Part shown: positions 13,301 through 25,331 of the stretch, in pieces
Numbering within the stretch: the first letter of the stretch is position 1
Layout: every line of letters starts with the position of its first letter
Source of the DNA: Chrysomallon squamiferum
Lineage: Eukaryota; Animalia; Mollusca
Assembly: GCA_012295275.1 (NCBI GenBank)
Contig: CM022671.1
Location: forward strand, 8,494,001-8,558,000
DNA length: 64,000 nucleotides
Direction of reading: 5' to 3'
Notes under the pieces: model-generated
The model's database searches: none
The model's input: only the letters and a program-made list of their open reading frames with translations
Told to the model about the DNA's origin: nothing
Position numbers and translations under genes: made by a program

Positions 13301-14558
13301 CTTAAAAATATTGAAACTGTTAAGAACTTAGTTCACTATACTCAGAGATAAGAGGTACATAATTTTCAGTGAACATTTCACTACGTAAGAAAAGTAAAAG
13401 AAGGTCAGCAAGATGTTTAAAAGGAATTAAAATTAAAAGATGGAAAAGCAAGAAATAATAATAATAAAAACAACAACAACAACATCTACTACAACAACAA
13501 CAACAATAATAATAATAATAACAATAATAATACTGATAAAGATAATAATAATAAATAAATAAGTAAAGATGATAATAATAATAATAATAATAAAAGGAGA
13601 AGAAATGTAAAAATGTATCCTTGAATAAAACATGGCGTAATACCAACAATATTATAATAGATAAGAGATAAAAGATCATTCTAAGAAATAAGTCAATATT
13701 AAAGATAAGACATGGACAGTAACGAAAACGTTGAAAACGGAATTATTTAAAAAATAAGATAAAAGTAAATATGTATGGATTGTTAATACAGTTTTAATAA
13801 AACAGAAGTAATAGCACGACACTGTTAATTTTGCAGTAAAAACAACAACATACCACTAATACAAAAGTATTCTAGCATCATGTACGTGGTGTAGATCCTT
13901 CCGTATTCATCACTTGAACAGCTGTACATTCTCTGATATGTAGCACCCAGTCTGTTTGTTTGTTCTCCAGTGAATGCTTTATAATAATTCATCATGGCTG
14001 AACCATTGTAAAAGTCTTTACAATCAGACACATTGTACTGGCAACAGTACGCGAGACTGCTCGTATTTGGTGTCATCTCGACTGGACATCCTGTGTCATT
14101 TGGCTTTGTTAGAGCATACTGCGTATCAATGACGATTCGTTCCTCTGAATTACAGTTGGGTTTAAGCAGGATATCTCCGTCCGAACCATAACATGCAGTT
14201 TCGAAACGTAAGTTTCCAGGCAACAGTGCTGTAAATAATGATATTACGTTTTCAGTTATAACAATCTGTGTTATGTAATGATATTAATTTTTAATTTAAT
14301 ATATATATATTTGATCACTATGCATGTTTTGAAGTATGCTTGATGTATGCGTGTATGTACCTGTTTGAGTCTGTCTCTGTCTATGTTTGTGTACAGACAG
14401 AGAGAAAGATTAACAGTTAAATTAATGAAAAGAAAATTATATTTTAATCCATGTCGGTAAAACAATTGCTTTGTTAAAAAAATGTCTTGGAACTTACCTG
14501 TTTCTGAACATCGCAGTATGGCACCTACAAGAATTACAAAAAACAGCCAAGATTCCAT
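10363..14558 (-). CDS. Paralog A: uncharacterised type-I membrane glycoprotein (signal peptide, SUEL/Gal-lectin-like Cys domain, CUB-like domain, Thr stalk, TM, Pro-rich repeat tail), ~500 aa
   Basis: Manual splicing with GT-AG borders and matching phases: exons 14558-14498 (MESWLFFVILVGAILRCSET), 14228-13854 (ALLPGNLRFETAC...YMMLEYFCIS), 12620-12276 (EMVTASFSDN...GGKIWIQIN), 11813-11595 (ATTPGVVLTLTC...TETSTTD repeats), 11181-11093 (GIIAGMIILTVLVVILVRVFYIRYKNRKQN), 10776-10363 (RVGVDD...PPTGTGNGLPTL x7...VQTM*). Total 1503 nt, no internal stop. Domain names come from Cys spacing/motif resemblance only. Confidence 0.85.
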
Positions 14559-14699
14559 TAGTGTTTGGTTTAACTGTAGGAAATTAAAAAAAACACGCAA
14601 CAACAGGTAGCAATTATTTGTTGCTGTTGTTTTAATACTGAGGTAAAAACTACTAAAATAATGACACTTAACTGATTCTTCAATTTTAATATTACTACA

Positions 14700-14800
14700 G
14701 CGGTGTGAAACTGTCGTAATGCTAATGAGACTAAACCTAGACGTCTGTATATTCACACATTCTAGACCAATGGTTTAATCTCTTTTCTTGGCAAGATTTC
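14700..14800 (-). promoter_or_regulatory. Conserved putative core promoter/5' UTR of the family (inverted CCAAT plus AATATACA)
   Basis: AAACCATTGGTCTAGAAT(G/T)TGTGAATATACAGACGTCT is conserved ~190-230 bp upstream of the ATG in A, B (29730-29825) and C (41870-41950), and partly in E (18990-19027). Function is inferred only. Confidence 0.35.
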
Positions 14801-15049
14801 AATGTTCCGGATCAGTTGTTGTGACTCTCCGGTTGGGCTAACTTTTGTTCCAGGCAGCGGTCCTAGCCTCGGCTGTCACAGTCAAGTGTATGCTGAGTCT
14901 TCCTGTCTATGGGAAGGTGTAGACAAAAGACATACACACATACATACACATACCTAGAAACAAACATATAAATATACATACAAATGCACACATGCAGAAA
15001 CAACACACATACACATACATACATACATACATACATATATATGTATGAT

Positions 15050-15680
15050 AGTTTACCAGTGATAAATTAATTAATACATTTTTTAATAAATACGTAAATA
15101 AATAAATTAATTAAATTAATCTTAAGGAAACGGTTTTGATTTAATATAGATACTCTGATGATTAATAACACAGTTACTAAAATATATTTTAATTATTATC
15201 AAAAATAATTGTTTAAGTGTGAAGTGTTTATCATATATATATTTTGTATTGTATTTCGAACCGATCTTAGGGTCTAGTGTACAAAAATTTCTTCCTGCTC
15301 TTTTGATATTTTTGTATTAAAAAACCTAGCTTATAAATCTTCTGTCATCTGTATTGCCGATAAACAATAAACCGGGATGTTTCAAGTTTCAGTGTTAACA
15401 CAATTCACCTTAACGTGAGAAGGAAGAACATTATCAAGCAAAGATATTTTCACACTTGATTAGGTGCCAATTTGTCGGTTTGTAATTCGCCCGTAAAGGA
15501 TTTTTGTAGTGTATACTGAATGCACTAACAACCATATTATATATTAAATCATATTATTAAATAAAATAAAATCAAATGAAATAAAATAAAATAATGCAAA
15601 ATAAAATAATTTCTATAAAAGTTATACTGTGATAGGAATATTTAATTACTGTTAAAGTGCGTGTTTCAAAAATGTAAGTT
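15050..15680 (+). repeat. Dispersed ~500-600-bp intergenic module (core GTATTTCGAACCGATCTTAGGG)
   Basis: Copies at ~15050-15680 (+), 17150-17720 (-), 30815-31450 (+), 32735-33240 (+), 43200-43670 (+), 47190-47495 (+). Confidence 0.8.
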
Positions 15681-16581
15681 AGTTTAAAAGTTAAGCGTCA
15701 GATTTGATTGTAATGTGCAATTAGCGACGATTTCATTCATGTTTACTGTGAGTAATTTGTTCATCTATTCGACACAATGAGCCACGTGTCCGGCCACAGT
15801 GTTAACGATCTATCACAGACAACATCGACTGGCACGACGTCATGTCTGTTTGCAGCTTGAAGAGCGTCACAAGAGGCTCGCCACTCTGAACAAGTCAACC
15901 TGAGCCAAGCAGCGAGCGAACTGCTGAACGAACGAGAAAGCCGTTTTCGTTAATGGTTGAGTCAGTGTATATTGGTAATTATGACGACGACGTTGATGAT
16001 GGTAGTGTTGATGATAGTGGGGGTGTGTAAGTTAGTAACGACATTGACGATGGCATTAAAACATAGAAAACAATGTAAAATTTAATTTAAGAACAACTCA
16101 AACACTTAAAATGCAAGTATACACAAATCGTCATAGATAAAGTGCTAAAGGTTTTGAAATAATATAGAAAGCGAGTATTGACTTAGAAATTGTCATTTAC
16201 ACAACCACAAGATCGCCCGTGTGAAATTTTCACAAGTTTGTTATTCTGTAGAATGTGTATATTTCTGACCTCTGAATGAATAAATGGAAATTGTAACGGA
16301 AAACTCCAGCTGATTATTAGCTATTAAAACAAATTATTTATTGACTGGCAACTTGGGAATTCCATACCAACATTTGGCGAACGTCTAAATAGAAACTTTT
16401 CAAAACGTATCTTTATTTATGTGAGGTTTGTTTGGAGTACAGTTTTGAGTTGTATTAGACTGGGTTTTTTTAATAAACAGATAACATTATTTTTAAGATA
16501 AAATGAAAATTTTCTGAATCACATTCGAAATGTTTTAACAGTACTGAGAGTCTCTCTGTGTGTGTTTGTATGAGATACATA

Positions 16582-16582
<1 letters not shown>

Positions 16583-16629
<47 letters not shown>
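16583..16629. repeat. (AC)n microsatellite
   Basis: Directly visible. Confidence 0.93.
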
Positions 16630-16633
<4 letters not shown>

Positions 16634-19027
16634 CTTTCATACATACATATACATATTATTCTTTTTATTTTATTTTTAATATTTTATCGTGTCTTCAAAT
16701 TACATAGCAATCTCTTATTATGAGAAGGTGTTTTTAACCAACGTAATTACAAACTTTGAGTACATTCAAAGAATGTGTACTTAGTGATGTACATTATACT
16801 CTTTTTATTTACTCACATAGCCAACTGTATAGCTACCCAGTAACCTACCTACATGCCTATAAACTTACTTGCATGCAGATATACCCTGATATACACATAC
16901 ACTCACAGATATATACACACATACACAGAATCATACACACATGCATATCTCTGAAACCTTCCAAAGAGATTGTTTTATTTCGTATGTCCTCAGGCTCTAA
17001 AGTCGGGGACCCTCCGCCCGCCAACTGAACACTTGGACACCAATTATTACGTTAACTTCGTTGTTTTTTCTTTAAACTTCCAGACCAAAGGAGCCTTGCT
17101 TCCTGACATACCTTTTTGGAATTGAGAGAGACAGTGTGAGTGTGTATGTATACGCTTTGAAATTAGACACTGAAACAATAATTATGGTAAATATTGCTAT
17201 CACAATATAACTTTTATATATTATTTTATTTTATTTTATAATGTAGTTAATATGGTTATTTGTACATTAAGTCTGTACTATTATTGAAGTCTTTACGGGC
17301 GAATTACAAACACAAAAATTGCTATCTAATCAAGTGAAAACGATATCTTGATCACGTTCTTCTTCACGTTAGTGTGAATCACGTTTACATTGAAATTTGA
17401 GATCTTGTTTTATTGACTATCACCAATACAGATGACATCAGATTTATGAGCTAGGATTTTTCAAACAAGAAAACATCAGAGCAGGAAGACATTTTGTACA
17501 CTACACCCTAAGATCGGTGCGAAACACAATACAAAATTATAAATGATGAACACTTCACACTTAAACATAATTTCTCATAATAATTAAACATGTTTTTGGT
17601 AACTGTGTTATTAATCATCAGAGTATATAACTTAAATTAAAAGGTGTTTTTTCTAATAATTTAATATATTTATTTATTTCCGTATTTATTAGAATTTTTT
17701 TAATTTATTTATAAATTCGTATACTATCCTGTATGTGTGTGTGTGTTTGTGTCAGTTGGTGGTTATTAGGTACAAGCCCGAGTCCTCATTTCTTTCTTTC
17801 TTTATTTATTTTTTAATTTTTTTTTTTACTTCTCTGAGGAAATCACATACCACGGCCTTTGTAAAACAGTTATTTCTCATAATAATTAAACATGTTTCTA
17901 GTAACTGTGTTATTAAACATCAGAGTATATAACTTAATTAAAAGTTTTCTTTTATTAATTAATTTAATATATTTATTTATTAACGTATTTATTAGAATTT
18001 TGTTTATTTATTTATGATTCGTAAACTGTCATATATGTGTGTGGATGTGTGTGTGTGTTTTAGTGGTTACTAGGTACAAGACCAAGCCCTACTTTCTTTT
18101 CATTTTTTTTTTTTTTACTTCTCAGAGAAAATCACATACTTTGTAAAACTAGTTATTTATTTTATTTTATAATATAGTATATTCTAATATGCTATGGGTA
18201 TCTGATGGAACGATGCCATGACTTCAAATTTGCTAAAAATATTTGAGACGGAAATAATGACTCTAATGAAACTGGGTAATCAAGTAAAACTATATTTCGA
18301 CAATCTAATAGACAACATTCTCAGTGAAATCTGAGATAAAATATTTTTTCATATATTCCAGAAGACCCCTCAGGTCTTAATGCAGAACAGAAATAATCAA
18401 TTGATTTGGACTACAGCAACACAGTTCTAACAACAGATGTAGATAGTGATCTCTGAAACCTTCAAAAGAGACCGTTTTATTTCATATGTCCTTAGGATCA
18501 GCATGTAATTTTATACTGGTGTAAAGACAGATAATTACTACATACAGCGTCCTTTTTTGTTCTGTGAATTGTTTCATGGAAACCGGATTGGAAAATGCAC
18601 CAAACCCAGATTCACGATTTAAAAATAATAATAATACTCATTTTGGGTTTATTTTTGTTATAGTAAAGATTCGAGGATTTGGCGTCTTTCCAATTTTTTT
18701 TTTTTTGTCCCGCTGTGTTTAAAAAAAAAGATCTAGTTACGGCCATGCTGTTACCGGTTTGAGTATCACTGCATTCATTACAGAACAATGACTGAACAAC
18801 ACGTAGACCTCATTTTCAGTTTAATATTTTATTCTTGTCTGATTAACACTACACTGTTTATTAAAGATATGTTACATTGTTTTGTCTTCATTAGCAAAAA
18901 GAGATCTTTTGTCTGCACCTTTTCATAGATAGGAAGACTCAGCATACACACGATCCTGACCCGGTCCTGGAACTTTGAAATCGTGCGAAGAAAAGAGATT
19001 AAACCATTGGTCTGGAATTTGTGAATA

Positions 19028-19380
19028 CAGTGGGACCTCGGGTTACGAAGTTTATTCATTGCAGAACTCGGTTCGTAAACAGAATTGTACGTAAATCGAA
19101 GCTCATGTTTTGCAGTTAATTATTTCGTAACCTCTACTGTGATACGCTTATACTTTCCACCAGCATTAACGATTTCAGTTTTAGCTGTCTTGGGCGCCAT
19201 ATTGGATAGGGTATAATAAAAAAATATACACATATAAGCAGCAACACTTTAAAAAATGCGAGCGCACAATATCAATGCAAAAGCTATTTTGCTGCAACTG
19301 CGTCTCGAAGACTAAAGTCCCTAATTCATGATATACTTGCTGTAGGGCAGACCTATAATCCTTACCTTTGCCTCTGTTTT
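19028..19380. mobile_element. Tigger-like transposon end/fragment inserted in the 5' region of paralog E
   Basis: TA|CAGTGGGACCTCGGGTTACGAAGTTTATTCATTGCAGAACTCGGTTCGTAA resembles the reverse complement of the TIR at 45610-45661. It interrupts the family 5' sequence at a TA (gtgaaTAtacag in intact copies). Right boundary uncertain. Confidence 0.6.
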
Positions 19381-19385
19381 AAAAA

Positions 19386-19972
19386 TTATACTCTAAAACT
19401 GCAGGTTCGGCATCGATATCCTACTTCAACCCACGTGTAGCTGAGAAGCACGAATAATGATTGATATGCAATATACACTAACAAAGCCATCGATGTCCAA
19501 ACTTGATGACAGTACAAACGAGCAATGTTAGATATTGTGGCCAGTACAATCTAACTGACTAAAATACATTTACACTGGTTCAGCCATGATGTCTTATTAC
19601 GAAGAATTCACTAGAAAACAAACATCCAGAATAATTACTTCACAGCAGAGAATTTCCAGCACCTGTTCAAGTGATGTATACGGAAGGAATTTCTCCACAT
19701 ACTTGATGCTATTGGTATGTTGTTGTTTTTATTGTAAAATTAACATAGTTGTGCAAATATTTCTATTTTATTAACATTTTATTAATAATTCATACATATT
19801 TACTTTTATATGTGTTTTTAAAAAATTCAAATTTCAACGTCATGGTATTTGTCACTCTTTTATCTTTAATGTTAGTTTATTTCATAGAATTATCTTTTAA
19901 CAGTTATGTATTATAATACTGTTGTATTACGCTGTTTTTTTCAAGGATGCAATTTTACATTTTTTCTTCTCG

Positions 19973-20011
<39 letters not shown>

Positions 20012-21398
20012 CTTTATTTATTTATTTATTATTATTATTATTACTGCTGTTGTTGTTTATTGTTGTTTTTATTATTATTATTTCTTGCTTTTCCATCTTT
20101 TAATTTTATTTCCTTTTAAACACTCTACTGGGTCTTCTCTTTCTTGTTGTTTTTACAAAGTGAAACGTTTACTAGAAATGATATACTTCTTATACAGATA
20201 GAGAGATAAATAGATATTTGAACTGCTGTGTTTTGGGTGTGTTTTTATTGTTTGTTTGTTGTTGTTTGTTTTGTTTCTTTTGATGACGGTATTTATTATC
20301 GAGGATGGCGACATCTTATTTTCTGTGTTACTTCAATATACTTATTTAGAAATATATATACATATATATTTCTAAAGAAAAAAAGAATTATCACAAAAAT
20401 AATAAGTGATAAACATTTCTGTGCGTTATATTTCCTCTTTTCATATTTTGGAAATAAAATATACAAAACAGATTTGTGTTACAGAAAAGGTGACTGCAAG
20501 TTTCTCAGACAACAACACATCGCTAACTGGAACAGAAGTTTATTTACTGAATACAGAATACCCCGGTCTCATGAATGTCAACAACTGTTTACAAGAGTGC
20601 ACAGTGTCTACGTCATTCGACACCAACATCACCATCACAGCCATACAGATGTCACTGCACATTTCGAAAGAATGTCTGCAAGGACTTGAAATCAATGATG
20701 AGAGCGACACGAGAAATATCACCTGCAGTAACAACACTGGATATAACATAACACAAATATATCAGAGTTCTACTAATTTTATTAAACTGAGACTTAATAA
20801 TGTACAAATAAATGGTGGAGAAATATGGGTACAGATAAATGGTAATAAATTATTTTGTTAGTCTATGAATTAATTGAATAAATACACTGAATATAACGCA
20901 CAGACACAGACACACACACACCACACTCACACGCACACAGAGATATATTTATGCAAGCATACCCACTACACACATCTACATAAAAAACATAGAGTAATAC
21001 GTTTCAGCAAACATGTAAGTTTATATATATATGTGTTCGTATTACTGCAGACTATATGTGTTAGAAAACACATAAGTTTATATATATAAGTGTTCGTATT
21101 ACTGCAGAGTATGTATGTTAGAAAACATATAAGTTTATATATGTGAGTTATCGTATTACTGCTTATTACGTGTGTTAGTTAACATATACATTTATATAAA
21201 TTTATAGAAGTGAGTGTTCGTTATACTGGAAATTACATCTCTTTGCAAACAGGTGAGTTTATATACGTGAGTGTTGGTATTACTGCACACTACGTGTGCT
21301 AGCAAAAACATAAATGTATGGTCTGGGCTCTTTTCCATATTCTCTTGAATAACGTTACAACAACCCCTGGTATTAACCTAACCCTGACGTGTGGTGTC
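19386..21398 (+). pseudogene. Paralog E pseudogene, inverted orientation
   Basis: Exon 2 (~19386-19713) is degenerate with indels and stops (...MMSYYEEFTRKQTSRIITSQQRISSTCSSDVYGRNFSTYLML). CUB-like exon 3 (20485-20841) is still open. Exon 4 has lost its acceptor and is truncated at ~21398. Exon 1 is replaced by a transposon end at 19028. Confidence 0.78.
21005..21320. repeat. ~57-bp intronic tandem repeat in intron 3 of the family (expanded in paralog E)
   Basis: Unit ~GTTTATATATAxGTGTTCGTATTACTGCAGACTAxGTGTGTTAGxAAACATATAA. Reverse-complement arrays at ~11850-11920, 27160-27335, 39370-39455, 43890-44090. Confidence 0.8.
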
Positions 21399-22199
21399 TT
21401 GTGCCAGGTGTTAGATTACCTCCATTAGTTGGTGTTAACGTAGAAGGAAGTAAGACGTATTTGGTTTCTTTGTTTGTTTGTTTGTTTGTTATTTGTAGGG
21501 GAAAAAAATTATTTCTCTTGTCAAATGTATGTGAATAATTTTATTAAACAGTCTAGTAAAATAACGAAAGCACAGTCTTTTATGACATTATGTTTAATCG
21601 CATTATTTGGACAACTGATATATGAATAATTTACGACAGCTCGCTGTTAGCGGTTACTAATAAGTGTGTGTTATTCACAGATGTTCTTTTTATAATCATA
21701 TTGTTGAAATTGCTTAGAATATTTCTATGTATGTACAGTTTGACTGAGATACTGTATATTATGGTAAATAATTGTACCTGTCATACTTAACAGTTGAACT
21801 ATGATAAGCGTGGTAACAGTAAAAAGTTATATATGTTGATAATTCAAATAGAAAAATGAGGGAGACTACAAATCATTGCACTTACATATACACATACACA
21901 CACACGCACACGCACATATATAATTTATTTATTTATTTAAATTTAAAGAATGAAAAATCGTCTGTATCTTTAGAAATAATTAGTTCCTCTCTGTCTACAT
22001 AAGAGCGATACGAAACATATTTTAACAAGAGAAGTGATTCACCTTATACGAGTAATCCTGTCTGCATCTCTCATTTTGATGAAAAGAAGAACCTCTTTGT
22101 ACAAAAGTAGAATTAAAAACTGTGTTAACACAGCAGATCAAACTCAACAATAACAAATATAATACAACTTAGTCCTATATATTTTCCTAACTGAAACTT

Positions 22200-22236
<37 letters not shown>

Positions 22237-23858
22237 CAACAACAAGTATGTTAACACGGCATATCGAACTGTATAATAAATAAAGTATATCTAGACTTAT
22301 ATATTCTTCTAATAAAACTGTTTTGCTAACTAGAGCACTACTGACGTCATACTATGTATATTACAACTACCTCTGCTGCATTTCTACTACTATTATCACT
22401 ATCAATGATACTACTTCTAATACTACTATTATAGAGTTTACTTCTAATTTGTTCTTCCGTAAAAATAACCTGTTATAGCAAAGTATCTGCATGAACTGAG
22501 CCATCATTAAACTAGGACATTTAAAACTTAATTCGATATAAAAGAGGGTGGTGTTTTTATTCATGTTCTGTCTCTCTTTCTCGATCTAATTTTCTAGTTT
22601 GTTCCTTTCTTTCCCTTTCTTTCTTTCTTTGTTTCTTTTTGTTGTTGTTGTTGTTCTTTTTTCTTGCTATTTTAAAGTATTTAACTACTTAAATGTTTTA
22701 CCAGAGAAATATTTTAAATGTTTTCTATCTGTAATCTGCAAAATTTTCCAATGATCACCCTGCAGTCTTAATCAAACCTTCTCTCCACGAGCTTGTAATT
22801 ACCACGTCCAGTTCTGGGTGATGACATTTCCAGCTTCACCGCTCTTACAAATTACGGAGGTCCCGATTGTCGTTCACAGAGAGTTAAACCAATCGATAAA
22901 AGAAAGTAAAAAAAAAAAAAAAAGGAGTTCGATAAAATATTTGTTGCTACAGTCTCGCCGAATCTCGAGGCCACGAGATCAACGTGTAAAAACTCCCGCC
23001 CTCGCTCAGGCGTTTCTTTCATTTGTTGAAGATAATACTGCAGAAGAGTTCTCTTGTCATTATGTTCAAACCGATCATTTTGAAGGATTTCAAGTCACTA
23101 GTTCTGATTTTTCGCCGCTTGGGTCAAGAGTTTACACTCAACTTTTCACGAAGAGTAATCGCATCCTATTCATACTCGGCTTAACTCGCTCTACAGTACT
23201 TGTTTCCTCATATTCGAGGTAATTTTCTTTTCTTGCAAAGGGTTATGGAATGTGTGCATTTTGCTCTAGGTTATAACACTGTATAAATAGTACTATCTGA
23301 AAGTTGTTTATTTGCAGTGTTCCTGTTGTTGTTGTTGTTGTTACTGCTATTATTATTAGTAGTAGTAGTAGTAGTATTTTTATTATTATTTTTATTATTG
23401 GTGACTTCGTCTACTCAATTTCCTAAGATATATAATATTTAAGAAGAAAAATTAAGTTACAATGTTCTTTGCTATCTTTTCATTTTCCATCACAATAAAG
23501 ATATTTCGAGACACAGGTATCTGATTTATTTCATGTCTTTTCCATTGGAGATATTCTCTTTAATCAAGGACATCTTCTATTAAAAAATAAATAATTAAAG
23601 AAGAAGAAGAAAGAAAGAATTAATTCAGAGAATTTAATAATAAATAGTAACAGATGTTGTGGTAACGTATCGGTGTCATTAAGTGTCATGATTTTACATT
23701 CGAAAGCCAGGAATTTTCAGATTCTGAAGTCGTGTAAAACAACCTGTATTAAGTTTCATGAATTTTGTTTCTTATTCTCTCCAGATCCTCTCTGTCAGTA
23801 GTTTGTTTTTTCATTGTTTTTGTTTTTTTAAATTATTACTATTATTATTATCATTATG

Positions 23859-23897
<39 letters not shown>

Positions 23898-24450
23898 GTT
23901 CTTTTACTCATAATTCTCCTTTACTTTAAAAAGATTTCATACCTATCCAGATTCAGTGGTATTTACGAAATAGTTTATCGACCAAATGCAAACTCCAGTC
24001 TCAATATTTTATCAAATGCATTGCAGAGTTGCATAACAAATCGACAAAATGGACAGATTATTAACTATGACAATATCTGTTAACTGTCTGATGCTAACCT
24101 TATAATCAAATATTTCATTATATGCTGTTAACTCAATATCTGTGAATTTGCCTGTCTTATATATATATATATATATATGACAGGCAGATAGATAGATAGA
24201 TAGATAGATATAAGTATAGATAGATAGTTGTAGATATAGATAATGTTATTGTTACCGTTATTATCTCATTTGATGTGAACGTTGGTTTCTTGTTTGTTTA
24301 CCTATTACCAAATTCATTTATTTTATTTTATTTCTGCATTATTGTTGTTACTAAATGTTGCCTATTATTTTTTCATTCTTCATTTTAGTCGTTCCTCCCC
24401 TTATAAATAATATTTTCTCATTTTCTCAAAGTTTTATACTACCAAGGTAA

Positions 24451-24551
<101 letters not shown>

Positions 24552-25331
24552 TGAAAAAAGATTATTTAATTAGTCACGTAAGTGATATATTTTCTTCATT
24601 TAAGAATTGCTGACTTCATATTAAAACGATACGTAAAGTACAGAGCCTTAACACCGCAAGAACGTGAATATCGAAAATCGTGAACTGCTGAAAATTAACC
24701 ATAAAAACAAGTCATAGTAATGTGGCAGTTAAAAAACATTTATATACCGGCGACATAATTCCCGATTCTGATGAAACGATCACGTGATATCCCAACATGA
24801 TTCAACATGCCAGGTAATTTTTAAACTGTAATCACTTCCTTAATCTGATAAATGTTATTATTGTCCTTCAGCTATATATTTCATACAGTTGTTGAAATAC
24901 TTTAAAAGAAATGCTTACGTAAATTGACACCTTTATTGCTGAATAATAATCCTGTAAACAGTAGTAATGCATTTGTATCATACATTTAAAAAAACAGCAA
25001 TATCTCATTAATATACTCTAAGTGCATATGCTTGCGTCTATATAAAGTCGGACTCGTTATGAAATATTAAAACAGAAAACAAAATTAAACATCACATAAG
25101 CTTAGATGAATTAAAACAACAAATAATACAAACGCACCGCAAATATTAATAAAAGTAGTACATAGACATAAATATATATATATAACTTATTTTGTTATTT
25201 ATTTACAGTGGTTATCCATATGTTCATAATTAAAATTCATTTCTCAGAAGTTCTTCATAAATATTTTTCTTTTCTTTGAAGTTGAATGCAGTTTGTTTCA
25301 TGCCTTGATACTAGGTGACAAACCGTTTCAG

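Noticed and set aside
13320-13679. Poly-Y/I/L ORFs (also 19906-20201, 28236-28734, 46046-46393, 42978-43337)
   Set aside because: Translations of (AAT)n microsatellites in introns and intergenic DNA.
22818-23222. 134-aa ORF with a partial copy at 34720-34932
   Set aside because: It runs through a poly-A tract that is replaced by (AG)n in the other copy, shows no recognisable domain, and its conservation is explained by segmental duplication.
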